Shown here piece after piece: positions 44,950-55,152 of a stretch of 64,000 nt of DNA (position 1 is its first letter; every line of letters begins with the position of its first letter). Below the pieces are notes generated by a model. It had not been told where the DNA came from. It ran no database searches and saw only the letters and a program-made list of their open reading frames with translations. This stretch comes from a virus. The stretch spans positions 64,001 through 128,000 of IMG/VR virus record IMGVR_UViG_3300035070_003385; one strand, given 5' to 3'. The position numbers were made by a program, and so were the translations under genes.

Positions 44950-45502
44950 AGAGAATCAGCACGGAGGTGGAACAAACATTGACATAGAAGCGTTAAAATA
45001 TGCTATGAAAAAATGGAATGTAAATTCTATGATTGACATTGGTTGCGGCACGGGCGACCAAGTGTTCGAAGGAATAAAACTTGGTATAGATTCTTACGGT
45101 GTAGATGGTACACAATCAATACCAAATACCTCTAATTTTCAAAGAGTAGATTATCGTGTTGGAGCTTCAACGTTTGACAGAGAATTTGATTTAGGCTGGA
45201 GCGTGGAGTTTGTTGAACATATTGAAGAAGAATGCATACCTATTTTTATGAAAGATTTTCAGAAATGCAAGAGAGTTATATTAACAGCGGCTCCTCCTTT
45301 TTGGGGTGGTAAGAACCACGTAAACGAACAATCAGAAATATATTGGATTGATGTGTTCCAAAAATATGGTTTTAAAATAAATATTGAAGAGTCTTTGCTT
45401 TTAAGAAAGGCGTCTATAACGCTAATGAATAATAAAATAAGACCTCCACGACAACAATTTGTGTCAATAAGAGGTCTCGTATTTGAAATAAATAATAAAT
45501 GA
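44939..45502 (+). CDS. Class I SAM-dependent methyltransferase
   Basis: MIDIGCGTG, GVDG, EFVEHI, GKNHVNEQ. Confidence 0.85.
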   Translation: MDFKENQHGGGTNIDIEALKYAMKKWNVNSMIDIGCGTGDQVFEGIKLGIDSYGVDGTQSIPNTSNFQRVDYRVGASTFDREFDLGWSVEFVEHIEEECIPIFMKDFQKCKRVILTAAPPFWGGKNHVNEQSEIYWIDVFQKYGFKINIEESLLLRKASITLMNNKIRPPRQQFVSIRGLVFEINNK

Positions 45503-46404
45503 AAAGTACGATATTTTATAATACCTTAAAATCAAATAGAGTTGATAATAGGTTTAACGCGATTGCTAACGCATTTCCTAACTGTAACATTGTAAGAGGT
45601 TACGAAGGTGTTCAGGATTGCGATATTGCAATTATACAAGGGTGGTCAAAGAAAAAAGGTAAAGGCGCACACAATCTTTTACGAAAGCTAGTTATCGAAA
45701 CCCAGTTAGAAAAAAACAAAAACATTCTCACAATAGATGGAAATATATTTAATTATTTGTCAAAAGGCATATATTTTAGATATAGTTTAAATGGGATTTA
45801 TGCAAACACTGGATATTATTTTGATAATACAATAGATCCTAATAGGTGGAAAAAAATAAAAAGCACAATAGGATTTGATTTAAAAAGTTGGAGACAAGAA
45901 GGCGAACATATTCTTATATTATTACAAAAAGATTCTGGGTGGACAATGGAAGAAAAAAGTAACATATCATGGTGTTCTGAAACTATAAATAAAATAAGAA
46001 AATATACGGATAGGCCAATTGTAATAAGAATGCATCCGTCTGATGTAAAACACAAAGAAAATTATTTAATGATGGCGCGGAATAAAAAAGTAACTTTATC
46101 TGAAAATAAAAACATTATGCAAGATTTAAAAAATGCATGGTGTTCAATATCACACAACAGCTCTCCAGGCGCTGTGAGTGTATTAGAAGGTATACCAGTT
46201 TTTATAACTGATAAAGATTGGCAGAAAAGCCCTGCAGGACTTGTTGGTAATTATGACATGTCTAAAATAGAAAATCCCGTTTTACCAAATAGAGAATCTT
46301 GGGTACAAAAACTTGCTATGTCTCATTTTAGTATTGAAGATATTAAAAAAGGTCTATTATGGGAAAGCATAAACGAATATTTTTATAGGTGTAAACAAAA
46401 ATGA
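45499..46404 (+). CDS. KpsS/KpsC-like (capsule synthesis, GT-B) protein
   Basis: LILLQK, IRMHP, NSSPGAVSVLEGIPVF. Confidence 0.6.
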   Translation: MKSTIFYNTLKSNRVDNRFNAIANAFPNCNIVRGYEGVQDCDIAIIQGWSKKKGKGAHNLLRKLVIETQLEKNKNILTIDGNIFNYLSKGIYFRYSLNGIYANTGYYFDNTIDPNRWKKIKSTIGFDLKSWRQEGEHILILLQKDSGWTMEEKSNISWCSETINKIRKYTDRPIVIRMHPSDVKHKENYLMMARNKKVTLSENKNIMQDLKNAWCSISHNSSPGAVSVLEGIPVFITDKDWQKSPAGLVGNYDMSKIENPVLPNRESWVQKLAMSHFSIEDIKKGLLWESINEYFYRCKQK

Positions 46405-47192
46405 AAACAATTAGCGCAGTTACGTGTTTCAATCTTCAAGGATGGAGAGAAACTGGTGGTCTTTTAGTACAAGGGTTTATAAAAAATTGGCCTGATGACG
46501 TGTCACTAACTGTTTATGTTGACAATCCAATTCCAAAAAAAGATTTAATAAGAGATCCAAGAGTTTCGTATAAAATATTAAATTATAAAGATCTTATTTC
46601 CTTTAAGGATAGACATAAAAACAATCCTGAAGCAAATGGATTGGGAAAATATGCTTCGAAAGGAGCTTCAAATTATCGCTATAACGCTGTGCGATTTAGT
46701 CATAAAGTATTTGCTCTTTTTCAATTTTTACAAGAAAATAAAACTGATATTTTAATATGGTTAGATGGAGATAGCAGAACACATTCACCAGTTAAAAGAA
46801 GTGACATATCAAATTGGTGCCCAGAAGGAAAGTTTGCAGGATATCTTGCCCGCCCTTGGATGTATACTGAAACCGGATTTCACATCTTTAATATGAATCA
46901 TGACATTGCTAAAGACTTTTTAAATGCATGGAAACAATATTATTTAGATGACAGTATTTTTAAATTAGAGTTTTGGACTGATTGTCATACATATGACGCG
47001 GCAATGCAAAACTTTAATCAAATACATTGGCATAACCTAAGCCCGCAAATTAAAAACAACCATCCTTTCATCAACGGGCCTCTTGGAGAATTTATGGATC
47101 ATATGAAAGGTCCAAGAAAACAAAAAGGAACTAGTCATAAAAAAGATCTTGTTGTTCAAAGAAAAACTTCGTATTGGAATAACGTAAAATGA
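46401..47192 (+). CDS. GT-A fold glycosyltransferase
   Basis: AVRFSHKV, IWLDGD (DxD), ETGF, DHMKG. Confidence 0.7.
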   Translation: MKTISAVTCFNLQGWRETGGLLVQGFIKNWPDDVSLTVYVDNPIPKKDLIRDPRVSYKILNYKDLISFKDRHKNNPEANGLGKYASKGASNYRYNAVRFSHKVFALFQFLQENKTDILIWLDGDSRTHSPVKRSDISNWCPEGKFAGYLARPWMYTETGFHIFNMNHDIAKDFLNAWKQYYLDDSIFKLEFWTDCHTYDAAMQNFNQIHWHNLSPQIKNNHPFINGPLGEFMDHMKGPRKQKGTSHKKDLVVQRKTSYWNNVK

Positions 47193-48073
47193 TATATTCA
47201 TTTCTGACAGGCAAAAAAGAACAGGACATTTACGTAAAGTATTTTGGGGCTTCGGTTGGCGCAAAAACAATTTGGACAAAACATTTTTTAGCGAAGTCAA
47301 AAGGTAACAGTCAGGTACCGCCTAGTATTAGACCACGCCCTTTGCCAAAAGAAGTAAACGCAATTATATTTGCGGGCATGCTTCGTGGAAACGCACATTT
47401 ATTTCAATTGGCGAAGCAACATAATATTGATTTTTATTACATTGACCATGCATATTTCAATCGAGGATATAAAAATCCATATTGGATGCGAATTACAAAA
47501 AATGGCTTTGTACAAAATGCAATCCTTTCTGAAATAGATCACGACAGGTATAATTCTAACTTTAATGTTAATTTTGAAAACTACAATTTTAAAAATAAGC
47601 AAAATATTGTTATACTACCGCCCAGTGATGTTGTGTCACAGGTTTTTGATAAAGGAAAATGGGAAAAAAATGTAATTACAACATTAAAAAAATACACAGA
47701 TCGCCCTATTGTTATAAGGAGAAAGTCCTCTCCTTGGGTTCTTGATAAATTATCATATGACTCAGTTAGACCAAAACATCAAGTTAAAAATGATACATCT
47801 TTTGAAGAAGAATTAAAAAACGCATATTGTGTTATTGCGTTTAATAGTTCAGGAGCACTAGACGCATTAAGACTAGGAATTCCAGTTATATGCGATAAAA
47901 TGTGTCCAGCATATCCATTATCTCATTCTATTTCCCAAATTGAAAACTTACAAGAAAAAGATAGAAAACAATTATTCGGTAGTTTGGCTAATGGGCAATA
48001 TACACTGGCAGAAGCTAGAAATGTCAAAACATTTAATTTTATTAATAGAAATAGACAATGGATCGGAAATTAA
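47189..48073 (+). CDS. KpsS/KpsC-like (GT-B) protein
   Basis: YYIDHAYF, FNSSGALDALRLGIPV. Confidence 0.5.
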   Translation: MIYSFLTGKKEQDIYVKYFGASVGAKTIWTKHFLAKSKGNSQVPPSIRPRPLPKEVNAIIFAGMLRGNAHLFQLAKQHNIDFYYIDHAYFNRGYKNPYWMRITKNGFVQNAILSEIDHDRYNSNFNVNFENYNFKNKQNIVILPPSDVVSQVFDKGKWEKNVITTLKKYTDRPIVIRRKSSPWVLDKLSYDSVRPKHQVKNDTSFEEELKNAYCVIAFNSSGALDALRLGIPVICDKMCPAYPLSHSISQIENLQEKDRKQLFGSLANGQYTLAEARNVKTFNFINRNRQWIGN

Positions 48074-48075
48074 CA

Positions 48076-49236
48076 ATGAAATATAAATTAGCAAGTGATA
48101 CCTGGGGTGATGAAGAAGTTAACGCTATTCATCGAGTAATCTCAAGTGGTAAGTACACGATGGGTGAAGAAGTAAAGAAATACGAAAACCAATTTGCCGA
48201 ATTTTTTGGAAGCAAGCATGCTGTTATGACAAATAGCGGAAGTAGTGCTAATCTTATTACTATATCAGCTCTCGCATTAAATCCAAAATATAAAAATAAA
48301 GGGAATATTATTGTACCGGCCGTAAGCTGGAGCACAACTTATTTTCCAATACACCAATTAGGTTATACTATTCGATTTGTTGATGTTGACCCATATACGT
48401 TTAACATAGATCCTAGTAAAGTAGAGGCAGCTATTGATGAAAACACGGCGGCTGTTTTTGTTGTAAACCTTTTAGGTAATCCAGCAGAACTCAACAAAAT
48501 TAAAGAGATATGTGATAAGCGAAACATTACCTTATTAGAAGATAATTGCGAAAGCTTAGGTGCATTAGAATACAATAAGCACTGCGGATCTGTTGGAGAA
48601 ATGGGTACCTTTAGTTTTTTCTTTAGCCACCACATGCAAACTATGGAAGGCGGAATGGTTCTTACTAATGACGATACCACCTATGAATATTTAAAGAGCC
48701 TACGAGCTCACGGGTGGATAAGAGATAGCACTTCAGATGATCCTTTGTTTGCAAAATCCGGTGATCCATTTGAAGACAGTTTCAAGTTTATATTACCCGG
48801 GTATTGTGTAAGACCACTCGAAATGAGTGGTGCTATTGGCCAAGAGCAATTAAAAAAATGGCCGCAGATGATGATAGATCGAAGAAAGAATGCTGAAATC
48901 GCAAAAAAGGTTTTTGCAGATGTTCCTAATATAAGATTACAAGATGAACACGAAAAAAGCAGTTGGTTTGGTTTTGGACTAGTTCTTGAAGGTGATTTAG
49001 CCGGAAAAAGAAAAATGGTAATTGAAGAGCTCACGAAAAACGGTGTTGAAACACGCCCTATCGTAGCAGGAAACTTTATGCGCAATCCTGTAATAGACCG
49101 ATTAAATTGGGATAGTGTTGGAGATTTTACTGGAACTGATAAATTACATTTTGATGGTTTTTTTATTGGTAACGATTGTGTAGATCTTTCTGATAATATA
49201 CAAATGGCAGCAAATGTAATAAGGAATATAAAATGA
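48076..49236 (+). CDS. colD: GDP-4-keto-6-deoxymannose 3-dehydratase (PLP-dependent, DegT/DnrJ fold)
   Basis: NSGSSANL, EDNCES, FSHHMQTMEGG with His at the catalytic Lys position. Confidence 0.85.
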   Translation: MKYKLASDTWGDEEVNAIHRVISSGKYTMGEEVKKYENQFAEFFGSKHAVMTNSGSSANLITISALALNPKYKNKGNIIVPAVSWSTTYFPIHQLGYTIRFVDVDPYTFNIDPSKVEAAIDENTAAVFVVNLLGNPAELNKIKEICDKRNITLLEDNCESLGALEYNKHCGSVGEMGTFSFFFSHHMQTMEGGMVLTNDDTTYEYLKSLRAHGWIRDSTSDDPLFAKSGDPFEDSFKFILPGYCVRPLEMSGAIGQEQLKKWPQMMIDRRKNAEIAKKVFADVPNIRLQDEHEKSSWFGFGLVLEGDLAGKRKMVIEELTKNGVETRPIVAGNFMRNPVIDRLNWDSVGDFTGTDKLHFDGFFIGNDCVDLSDNIQMAANVIRNIK

Positions 49237-50234
49237 AAACTGCTTTAATTACTGGTTTCCCAGGACAAGACGCATGCTATCTTGCCGACCTTCTTTTAGG
49301 AAAAGGTTATAATGTATATGGATTAGTAAAAAGATATACAAGCCCAAATTGGTCAAACATCGAATATTTAAATTTATTTGAAAAAGGTCTTAAAACTGTT
49401 ATTGGGGATGTCACCGACCTGTGTAGTATCATGGATGTAATGGAAATAGCAAAACCTGATGAATTTTATAATCTTGCAGCTCAAAGCTTTGTTGGTGGTT
49501 CATGGAGATTACCTTATGTAACTACTCATGTTGATGCTATCGGACCACTTAATTGTCTTGAAGCTATACGACGAATCAAACCTAACACTAAATTTTATCA
49601 GGCTGGCACAAGTGAAATGTTTGGTAACAGCAACATAGACGGAAGACAAACAGAAAATACACCGTTTGAACCTGCGAGCCCGTATGGAATAGCAAAATTG
49701 TATGGTTACCATATAACAAAAAATTACCGTGAAAGTTATGACGCGTTTGCGTGTACTGGTATACTTTTTAATCATGAATCTTCGATACGCGGTATTGAAT
49801 TTGTTTCAAGAAAAATCACAGACGGCGTAGCAAAAATATCATTAGGTAAATCTGATAAAATTGTATTAGGAAATCTTGATGCCGAAAGAGACTGGGGCCA
49901 TGCTAAAGATTATGTAAAAGCCCAATGGCTTATGCTTCAAGAAGACAAACCTGAAGATTTTATTATTGCAACTGGTATTAAACACAGTGTGCGTGATCTA
50001 TGTAAAATAGCTTTTGAAACTGTAGGAATATCAAATTGGGAACAATATGTCAAATCCGATGAAGAATTTCAAAGGCCAAACGAATTACACAGTTTACACG
50101 CTGATTCAAATAAAGCAAAGAATACATTAAATTGGGAACCGGAATATACATTTGAAAAAATGATATCTGAAATGGTTGAAGATGATATATCTAGACATAA
50201 AATTTTAAATGTTGGCGGTACTTTTAAATTATGA
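49233..50234 (+). CDS. gmd: GDP-mannose 4,6-dehydratase
   Basis: ITG.PGQD..YL, YNLAAQSFV, YQAGTSEMFG, YGIAK, GILFNHES, RDWGHA. Confidence 0.95.
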   Translation: MKTALITGFPGQDACYLADLLLGKGYNVYGLVKRYTSPNWSNIEYLNLFEKGLKTVIGDVTDLCSIMDVMEIAKPDEFYNLAAQSFVGGSWRLPYVTTHVDAIGPLNCLEAIRRIKPNTKFYQAGTSEMFGNSNIDGRQTENTPFEPASPYGIAKLYGYHITKNYRESYDAFACTGILFNHESSIRGIEFVSRKITDGVAKISLGKSDKIVLGNLDAERDWGHAKDYVKAQWLMLQEDKPEDFIIATGIKHSVRDLCKIAFETVGISNWEQYVKSDEEFQRPNELHSLHADSNKAKNTLNWEPEYTFEKMISEMVEDDISRHKILNVGGTFKL

Positions 50235-50770
50235 AAATAGTAATCACTGGCCATACGAGTGGTCTTGGAAAAACATTGTATGAAACCTTTTCAAAAAATC
50301 ATGAAGTCGTAGGATTGAGTCGAGCAACTGGTAATGATTTAAATGATGGTGTTAATTCTTTTTTAATAAATGATTTTGATTTATATATTAATAATGCGCA
50401 TTGTAAATACTTTCAAACAGATCTTTTATATGAATTGTTTAAAAAAAATAAATATAGAGAGTGCACAATACTTAATATTGGAAGTGTAAGTGCTGACGGT
50501 AATAAAGACACAGTTAACGAATATGCCATTTATAAATCCTCTCTTGAAAAGGCATGTTCGCAGCTGCAGCTTATTGACACTGATTGCAAAATAATTCATA
50601 TGAAGCTAGGAAGAATGAATACTCCTATGACTGAGCACAGAAAAGAATATCCTAGGATGGGAACCGATTACATAACTAATATTATCGAATGGATTGTGAA
50701 TCAGCCAAAAGAAATAATAATAAAAAATTTGACATTAGATATAATGCACAGTAGAAGGAAACTTGTATAA
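50231..50770 (+). CDS. Short SDR-family oxidoreductase
   Basis: ITGHTSGLG, INNA, NIGS, YAIYK. Confidence 0.75.
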   Translation: MKIVITGHTSGLGKTLYETFSKNHEVVGLSRATGNDLNDGVNSFLINDFDLYINNAHCKYFQTDLLYELFKKNKYRECTILNIGSVSADGNKDTVNEYAIYKSSLEKACSQLQLIDTDCKIIHMKLGRMNTPMTEHRKEYPRMGTDYITNIIEWIVNQPKEIIIKNLTLDIMHSRRKLV

Positions 50771-51447
50771 TGATACCAATTTTTATGGGATACGATAAAA
50801 GAGAAGCAACTGCGTATCATGTTTGTGCTAACTCTATTATTCGTCATGCAACATCCCCAATAAGTTTAAATCCTTTATCACTTAATCTCTTAAATGGTTA
50901 CGAAGAAAAACATTCTGATGGCAGTAATCATTTTATATATAGTCGATTTCTTATTCCACATTTAATGGAATATAAAGGCTGGGCAATTTTTATTGACGGG
51001 GATATGATATTACGTGATGACATATCAAAGCTTTGGGAAATGCGAGACGAATCAAAAGCAGTCATGGTAGTAAAGCATGACTATAAAACTAAAACAGCTA
51101 AAAAATATTTAGGATCAAAAAACGAAGATTACCCTCGAAAAAATTGGTCAAGTGTAATTTTATGGAACTGTGAACATCCTGAAAATAGAATTGTTACTAC
51201 AGATTTTGTTTCAAATGCAACTGGCGCACAAGTTCACAGATTTACATGGTTAGAAGATAATTTAATTGGTGAATTGCCTATTGAATGGAATTGGCTGCCA
51301 GACGAATTTGGTCCAAATAAAAATGCTAAACTATTACATTACACTTTAGGTACTCCGTGTTTTCACGACTTTGCAACAACGTCTATGGCAGATGAATGGC
51401 ACCGCGAAAGAATATATATGGATTACAGTCAACAATACGGATTATGA
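50770..51447 (+). CDS. GT8-like glycosyltransferase
   Basis: SRFLIP, FIDGDM, PRKNWSSV, WNWL, LHYTLGTP. Confidence 0.8.
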   Translation: MIPIFMGYDKREATAYHVCANSIIRHATSPISLNPLSLNLLNGYEEKHSDGSNHFIYSRFLIPHLMEYKGWAIFIDGDMILRDDISKLWEMRDESKAVMVVKHDYKTKTAKKYLGSKNEDYPRKNWSSVILWNCEHPENRIVTTDFVSNATGAQVHRFTWLEDNLIGELPIEWNWLPDEFGPNKNAKLLHYTLGTPCFHDFATTSMADEWHRERIYMDYSQQYGL

Positions 51448-51453
51448 TATATT

Positions 51454-51963
51454 ATGAAAGAAGTATTTGAAGGTAAAACAGTTTCTGTTGTTGGCAATGC
51501 AAGAAGTTTGTTTAATAAAAAATACGGAAATGAAATAGATTCTGCAGATGTAGTTTGTAGGATTAAAAGAGGGTTTTTTCTACTCAAACCATCTGATATT
51601 ATTTCACATGGTGCAAAAACGAATGTTTGGTTTTTAAACTGGTTTAAAACAATGAATCCGAACAAAGTAACCAATAAAAAATGTGATAATATTATTGAAA
51701 TTTTACATCATCCTGAAATAAATAAAGAGTGGTTAGTAAAAGATTTAGGCCACCACCGCCCGTCAACTGGGTTAAGAATATTACATTTAATATCTTTATA
51801 TAACCCAAAGACTGTAAATGTTTACGGTTTTGATTGGAAAGAAACCCCATCGTTTCATGATAAAAAAATGATTGATGAAAGACATAATTTTGCCTTAGAA
51901 AAAGATTATTGTAATAGGCGGTTTTTTGAAAAACAAAAAGAGGTTTTTAAATTAAGAAAATGA
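51454..51963 (+). CDS. GT29-like glycosyltransferase 2
   Basis: VSVVGNA...GNEIDSADVVCRI; PSTGL; YGFD; HNFALE. Confidence 0.8.
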   Translation: MKEVFEGKTVSVVGNARSLFNKKYGNEIDSADVVCRIKRGFFLLKPSDIISHGAKTNVWFLNWFKTMNPNKVTNKKCDNIIEILHHPEINKEWLVKDLGHHRPSTGLRILHLISLYNPKTVNVYGFDWKETPSFHDKKMIDERHNFALEKDYCNRRFFEKQKEVFKLRK

Positions 51964-52520
51964 AAGAATGGTTTGAAGAAAAAACTGTTGCTGTAGTTGG
52001 AAACTCTATGGGACTGTTCAGTAAAAAATATGGAAACGAAATTGATTCGCACGACGTTGTAGTACGCTTAAATAAGGCGGCTATGTTATACACGAGAATG
52101 AATGTTCCGCTGAGTCATGGAAGTAAAAGTGACATTTGGGTGTTTTGGAATACTTCCGAATATAAGTTATTCTTTGAAAAAATACCAAAACATGTTAAAA
52201 AAATGCATGCGGGTCATCAGGCCAGGACTCCTAGTAATCTTAGCAAAGTAGATTTTGTGTACCCAGATTCTTTATATAAACACTTGAAGTTAAAATCAGG
52301 TAAACATAAAAATCCTACAACAGGTTTAATTACATTAGATTATATATCAACGTGCAATCCAAAAAGTGTTACCGTTTATGGGTTTGATTGGAAAGAAACC
52401 GCAACGTTTACAGATCCAGAAAGGAAAAGAGAACGTGGATGTCCGCATGATTATCCTGTAGAAAAGGAATATTGTATGACAACATTTTTTTCGAAGAATA
52501 ACTTTACTTTAAAAATCTAA
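51960..52520 (+). CDS. GT29-like glycosyltransferase 3
   Basis: VAVVGNS...GNEIDSHDVVVRLN; PTTGL; YGFD; HDYPVE. Confidence 0.8.
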   Translation: MKEWFEEKTVAVVGNSMGLFSKKYGNEIDSHDVVVRLNKAAMLYTRMNVPLSHGSKSDIWVFWNTSEYKLFFEKIPKHVKKMHAGHQARTPSNLSKVDFVYPDSLYKHLKLKSGKHKNPTTGLITLDYISTCNPKSVTVYGFDWKETATFTDPERKRERGCPHDYPVEKEYCMTTFFSKNNFTLKI

Positions 52521-52532
52521 TATCATCAATAT

Positions 52533-52540
52533 TATAAATA
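52533..52540 (+). promoter_or_regulatory. T4-type late promoter
   Basis: TATAAATA. Confidence 0.7.
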
Positions 52541-52571
52541 AAATATAATTCATATGACCTAGGGGTATTTC

Positions 52572-54860
52572 ATGGTTGAGAAGAAAAAAAATAAAAAAGA
52601 TCTTAAAAAAATAAAAGATCATAATCCTAGTGATTATATTGAAACAAAGCCAACTATGTCCGAGGCTTTGAAGAAAACTGTGGTTATAACTTTTGGTAGG
52701 TTTAACCCTATTACAGTTGGACACGAAAAATTAATAAACAAAGTAATAACAGAAGCTGTAAAGCGCAAGGCTGATGCTGCAGTTTATATGTCACATTCTC
52801 AAGATTCAAAAAAGAACCCTATGAGTTATAATCAAAAAATATCTCTTGGGCAAAAAGCTTTTGGCGGAATTGTAAAAAAATCACCAGCAAAAACAATCAT
52901 TGAAGTAGCTAAAGAATTATCTAAAAAATATAATAATTTTGTACTTGTTGTTGGGTCTGATAGAGTTAAAGAATTTGAAGTTCTTTTGAAAAAATATAAT
53001 GAATTAGATTATACTTTTGAAAATATCGAAATAGTTTCTGCTGGTGAAAGAGATCCTGATTCTGACGGCGTGTCCGGAATGTCAGCATCAAAGATGCGAC
53101 AGTCAGCTGCAAAAGGAAATATTGTTTCTTTTAAACAGGGGTTGCCTAAAAAGTTAAAAATATCCGCAGTGTCTATAATGAACATGGTTCGTAAAGGTAT
53201 GAATATTACAGAAGAACTTGAAGAGCAAAATCTTTCAGAAAGAGAACCGCTTTCAATTCAACAAAGACGTAAAAAAGCTTTGGTAATGAGAAAGTATAAA
53301 ACAAAAATAAAAATGGCTCGTGAAAGATCCAAAAGAAAAATGGCCCCAAAAGAAAAGTTATTAAAAAGATCTAGAAAAGCAGCTCTTAATTTTATGAAAG
53401 ATAGATTATCTAAAAATAAAAAGTATTCTCAAATGTCTACCGCAGAAAAAATTACTTTAGATAGAAGATTGCAAAAAATTCCTGGCAAAACAATAGATCG
53501 TATTGCGTCTCGTCTTTTACCTAAAGTTAGAGCCGCCGAAAAAGAACGTCTTGCTGGTGTTTTAAATCCAAAAAAGAATGAAGATGTTTATGATATAAAC
53601 AATATGTTTGAACTATTTTTAGAATCAAAATCAATAAAACCTCAAGATCCTGATGTAAAAGATATGCCTGGTTCACAGCCAAAGGGTTATTACAAAGGTG
53701 TTGAAAAAGATAAAAAAGATGATAGAGCTAGACATTTTGCCAAGTACGGTAAAATGGACGATGATAATCCTGATGCATATAAACCAGCACCTGGTGATAA
53801 AGAAGCTAAAACAAAACCGTCTGTTCATACAAAAAAATTTAAAGATATGTTTGGCGAAGCTATACACGCTGATATACCAATTCGCAAAAGACCGCATATG
53901 GCTTTAGAAAAAAACGGCTCTGTTAAATTTGACAAGCGGTTTAAAATATTCAAGCCAAAAGAAGACACTGTAAGTGAAACCTACGAGGACTTTGGCGAAG
54001 ATATATCAAAACTTATTTCTGGTATGAGTGATTTTATTATGTCTGAAGAATTTGATGTTTTAATGGAATCAAATCCAAAAGCAGCACTTAAGAAAAAAGC
54101 AGAAAAAACCGGAATATCATATGGTATATTAAAAACAGTTTTTGATAGGGGGGTCGCTGCCTGGAGAACAGGTCATCGCCCAGGAACAAACCCAACACAA
54201 TGGGGGTTTGCCAGAGTTAATTCGTTTGCTACCAAAGGTAAAGGAACCTGGGGAAAAGCAGACAAAGACTTAGCTGACAAAGTTAGAAAGGAACAGTTTG
54301 ATTTGGCAACAGGACAAGAGCAACTCTTAAACCTTGATGAACAAATTATGCTAAATAAAATTCTTGAAAAAATACATAATCATATTTTAAATGGCGAAAA
54401 ATTAAAAGACGTAATTGAAGAAATTGAAACTCTTGCGAATATTGGAATTCCAGGGCGCCGTCTAGAAACAGAATATTTTAAAAAATATAATAACGAGCAT
54501 GCAGATCTTACACAAAATGAAGACACTGAAAGTTTATTAAAAAGAAATCAACTTCTTAAAAAATATGGATATAAAGTTGAGGCAAAAGACGAAAAAGATT
54601 CTCCATCGAAAAGAGAATACGGTACTGATGCTTTAACAAAAAAATATAAAGAAGATACTCCAGGGCAAGAAATTGAAGAAGCAGCATTAAATGCAAATAT
54701 ATACCGTGGTGATGTAATAAAGTTTATGCATACTTATGTGACTGGCGAAAAAGATGAATTAGAAGGAACCCTTGTAGGAACCGATTCAGAAACAGGGCGC
54801 GCAAAAATAAGAACAGGGGACGGTAAATTGTATATCGTAAAACACGATGAAATCATTTAA
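52572..54860 (+). CDS. Multidomain protein: HxGH nucleotidyltransferase plus basic modules (DUF5824-like)
   Basis: TFGRFNPITVGHEKL, VVGSDRV, SASKMR; later RGVAAWRTGHRPG...WGFARVNSF. Confidence 0.8.
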   Translation: MVEKKKNKKDLKKIKDHNPSDYIETKPTMSEALKKTVVITFGRFNPITVGHEKLINKVITEAVKRKADAAVYMSHSQDSKKNPMSYNQKISLGQKAFGGIVKKSPAKTIIEVAKELSKKYNNFVLVVGSDRVKEFEVLLKKYNELDYTFENIEIVSAGERDPDSDGVSGMSASKMRQSAAKGNIVSFKQGLPKKLKISAVSIMNMVRKGMNITEELEEQNLSEREPLSIQQRRKKALVMRKYKTKIKMARERSKRKMAPKEKLLKRSRKAALNFMKDRLSKNKKYSQMSTAEKITLDRRLQKIPGKTIDRIASRLLPKVRAAEKERLAGVLNPKKNEDVYDINNMFELFLESKSIKPQDPDVKDMPGSQPKGYYKGVEKDKKDDRARHFAKYGKMDDDNPDAYKPAPGDKEAKTKPSVHTKKFKDMFGEAIHADIPIRKRPHMALEKNGSVKFDKRFKIFKPKEDTVSETYEDFGEDISKLISGMSDFIMSEEFDVLMESNPKAALKKKAEKTGISYGILKTVFDRGVAAWRTGHRPGTNPTQWGFARVNSFATKGKGTWGKADKDLADKVRKEQFDLATGQEQLLNLDEQIMLNKILEKIHNHILNGEKLKDVIEEIETLANIGIPGRRLETEYFKKYNNEHADLTQNEDTESLLKRNQLLKKYGYKVEAKDEKDSPSKREYGTDALTKKYKEDTPGQEIEEAALNANIYRGDVIKFMHTYVTGEKDELEGTLVGTDSETGRAKIRTGDGKLYIVKHDEII

Positions 54861-55152
54861 ACAACATATAAAAAATACTCCAAATTTAAAAGAGCAACAT
54901 TCAAACTGTGGTACTCAACAGTGTTGTGGTAAATGCAGCACTGCAGTTACAGAAGGCTCAGAAACTTGGGAAGCTGGTTATAAGCGTAGAGTAGTCAAAA
55001 CTACAAAACCAGAGCACAAAGAAAAAGGTATGAATTGGAGAATTAAAGGTAAAGACCGTCCTGAAATTTCCATTAAATTGTATAAAGAAAAACCTTCCCA
55101 GGAAGAATTCAACAAACAAATGAAACGTGTTGCAGGACACGAGTTCGGATGA
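54847..55152 (+). CDS. Small protein with CTS-like N-terminus and Cys cluster
   Basis: MKSFKQHI; CGTQQCCGKC. Confidence 0.7.
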   Translation: MKSFKQHIKNTPNLKEQHSNCGTQQCCGKCSTAVTEGSETWEAGYKRRVVKTTKPEHKEKGMNWRIKGKDRPEISIKLYKEKPSQEEFNKQMKRVAGHEFG

